Origin: Octopus bimaculoides
Taxonomy: Eukaryota
Assembly: GCF_001194135.2 (NCBI RefSeq)
Contig: NC_068989.1
Span: forward strand, 33,948,990 to 33,998,482
DNA length: 49,493 nt
Direction: 5' to 3'
Shown here: positions 48,745 to 49,493 of the stretch, one piece after another
Numbering within the stretch: position 1 is the first letter of the stretch
Layout: every line of letters begins with the position of its first letter
Notes under the pieces: generated by a model
Told to the model about the DNA's origin: nothing
The model's database searches: none
The model's input: only the letters and a program-made list of their open reading frames with translations
Program-made: the position numbers and the translations under genes

Positions 48745-49493
48745 ATAGGGAGAATTCACAAAAAAAAAAGACGATGACAGGTGGTGTAGAAAACAAACAG
48801 ATGTATTAGTATAACGCTCGGGAATTGAAAAAGTCTTTAACGTTTCGAACCTACGCTCTTCCACAGAAAGAAACAAGCAGAGAGAAAAAATGTGTAGTGG
48901 TTAGCAATCTATCATGGCGAATGCAGGACAGAAGGGTCACACAGGAGAGTTAAGAAGGGGAGATGACAAAGTAGTAGTGATCCCAAAACGAAGATGCGCG
49001 TGTGTAAGAGAGTACGTATGTGCGTGTGAAAGAGGGCTGGTGATCTTGACGTGTGTATGTGTAGGTGTGAAAATGTGGGGATGAGAATTGGTCAGTGTTG
49101 GTGTGCTGTGTGGAATTGTGTAGTGATGGTGTTGGGAGGTGGGGATATGTGGGAGAGGGTGTAAGGGATGGGGTGGGGGCTTATGAGGGAGAGTTGACAA
49201 TGAAGGGGCTAAGGGGAAGGTGGGTATGAGAGAAGAAAGAAAGAGTAAGGGTGAAGAGAAGTGGGAGTCAGAGCAAGAGAGGAGAGGTGGGTAGGAGGGA
49301 GGGGAGGAGAGTTGAGCCCATGTGGCACAAAGGAGTGAAGAGAGAAGATTAATCCCTGTTCGCGGCACAAACGGGAGTCCAGATGGCCCCTGTGCAAAGA
49401 CAATCCGAACACGGACAGGTGTTGCAAAGAGTGACTGGTAGAGCGGAAGTGGCATGAGACTGGGCTATCATTGGCGAGGCACATGTCTCGGAG
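48745..49493 (-). mobile_element. PLE 3' end: GIY-YIG C-terminus, 3' tail and hammerhead-like motif (48835-48870)
   Basis: SPVSCHFRSTSHSLQHLSVFGL...REQGLIFSLHSFVPHGLN (49209-49484), then a pyrimidine-rich tail, then CTTT-CTGTGGA-AGAGCGTAGGTTC-GAAACGTT-AAAG. Confidence 0.8.

Overview
Eukaryotic, AT-rich, repeat-dense window with eight N gaps. It is most likely from a coleoid cephalopod such as Octopus. That assignment is an inference from the tandem C2H2 arrays with HTGEKPY linkers and no KRAB domain, the SINE types and the abundant (CA)/(TA)/(CT) microsatellites. Two intact, same-strand paralogous C2H2 zinc-finger genes (7534-9309, 20 fingers; 42665-44539, 20 fingers plus one dead finger) are embedded in transposon debris. 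The debris includes a truncated Gypsy element, a Tc1-type element with DD36E spacing, a mariner relic, a Chapaev3-type element, several MITE/foldback elements, RTE-type LINE fragments, tRNA-derived SINEs and many Penelope-like element (PLE) fragments. The most unusual observations are three. (1) A 274-bp, three-finger copy of the neighbouring ZNF gene is inserted inside the Tc1 transposase ORF. (2) A head-to-head palindrome just downstream of ZNF gene 1 combines a tRNA-like Pol III head with minimal hammerhead ribozyme motifs. (3) There is a set of further hammerhead-like relics, one with a non-canonical core. All calls were made by eye without database searches, so family names and approximate boundaries need confirmation.
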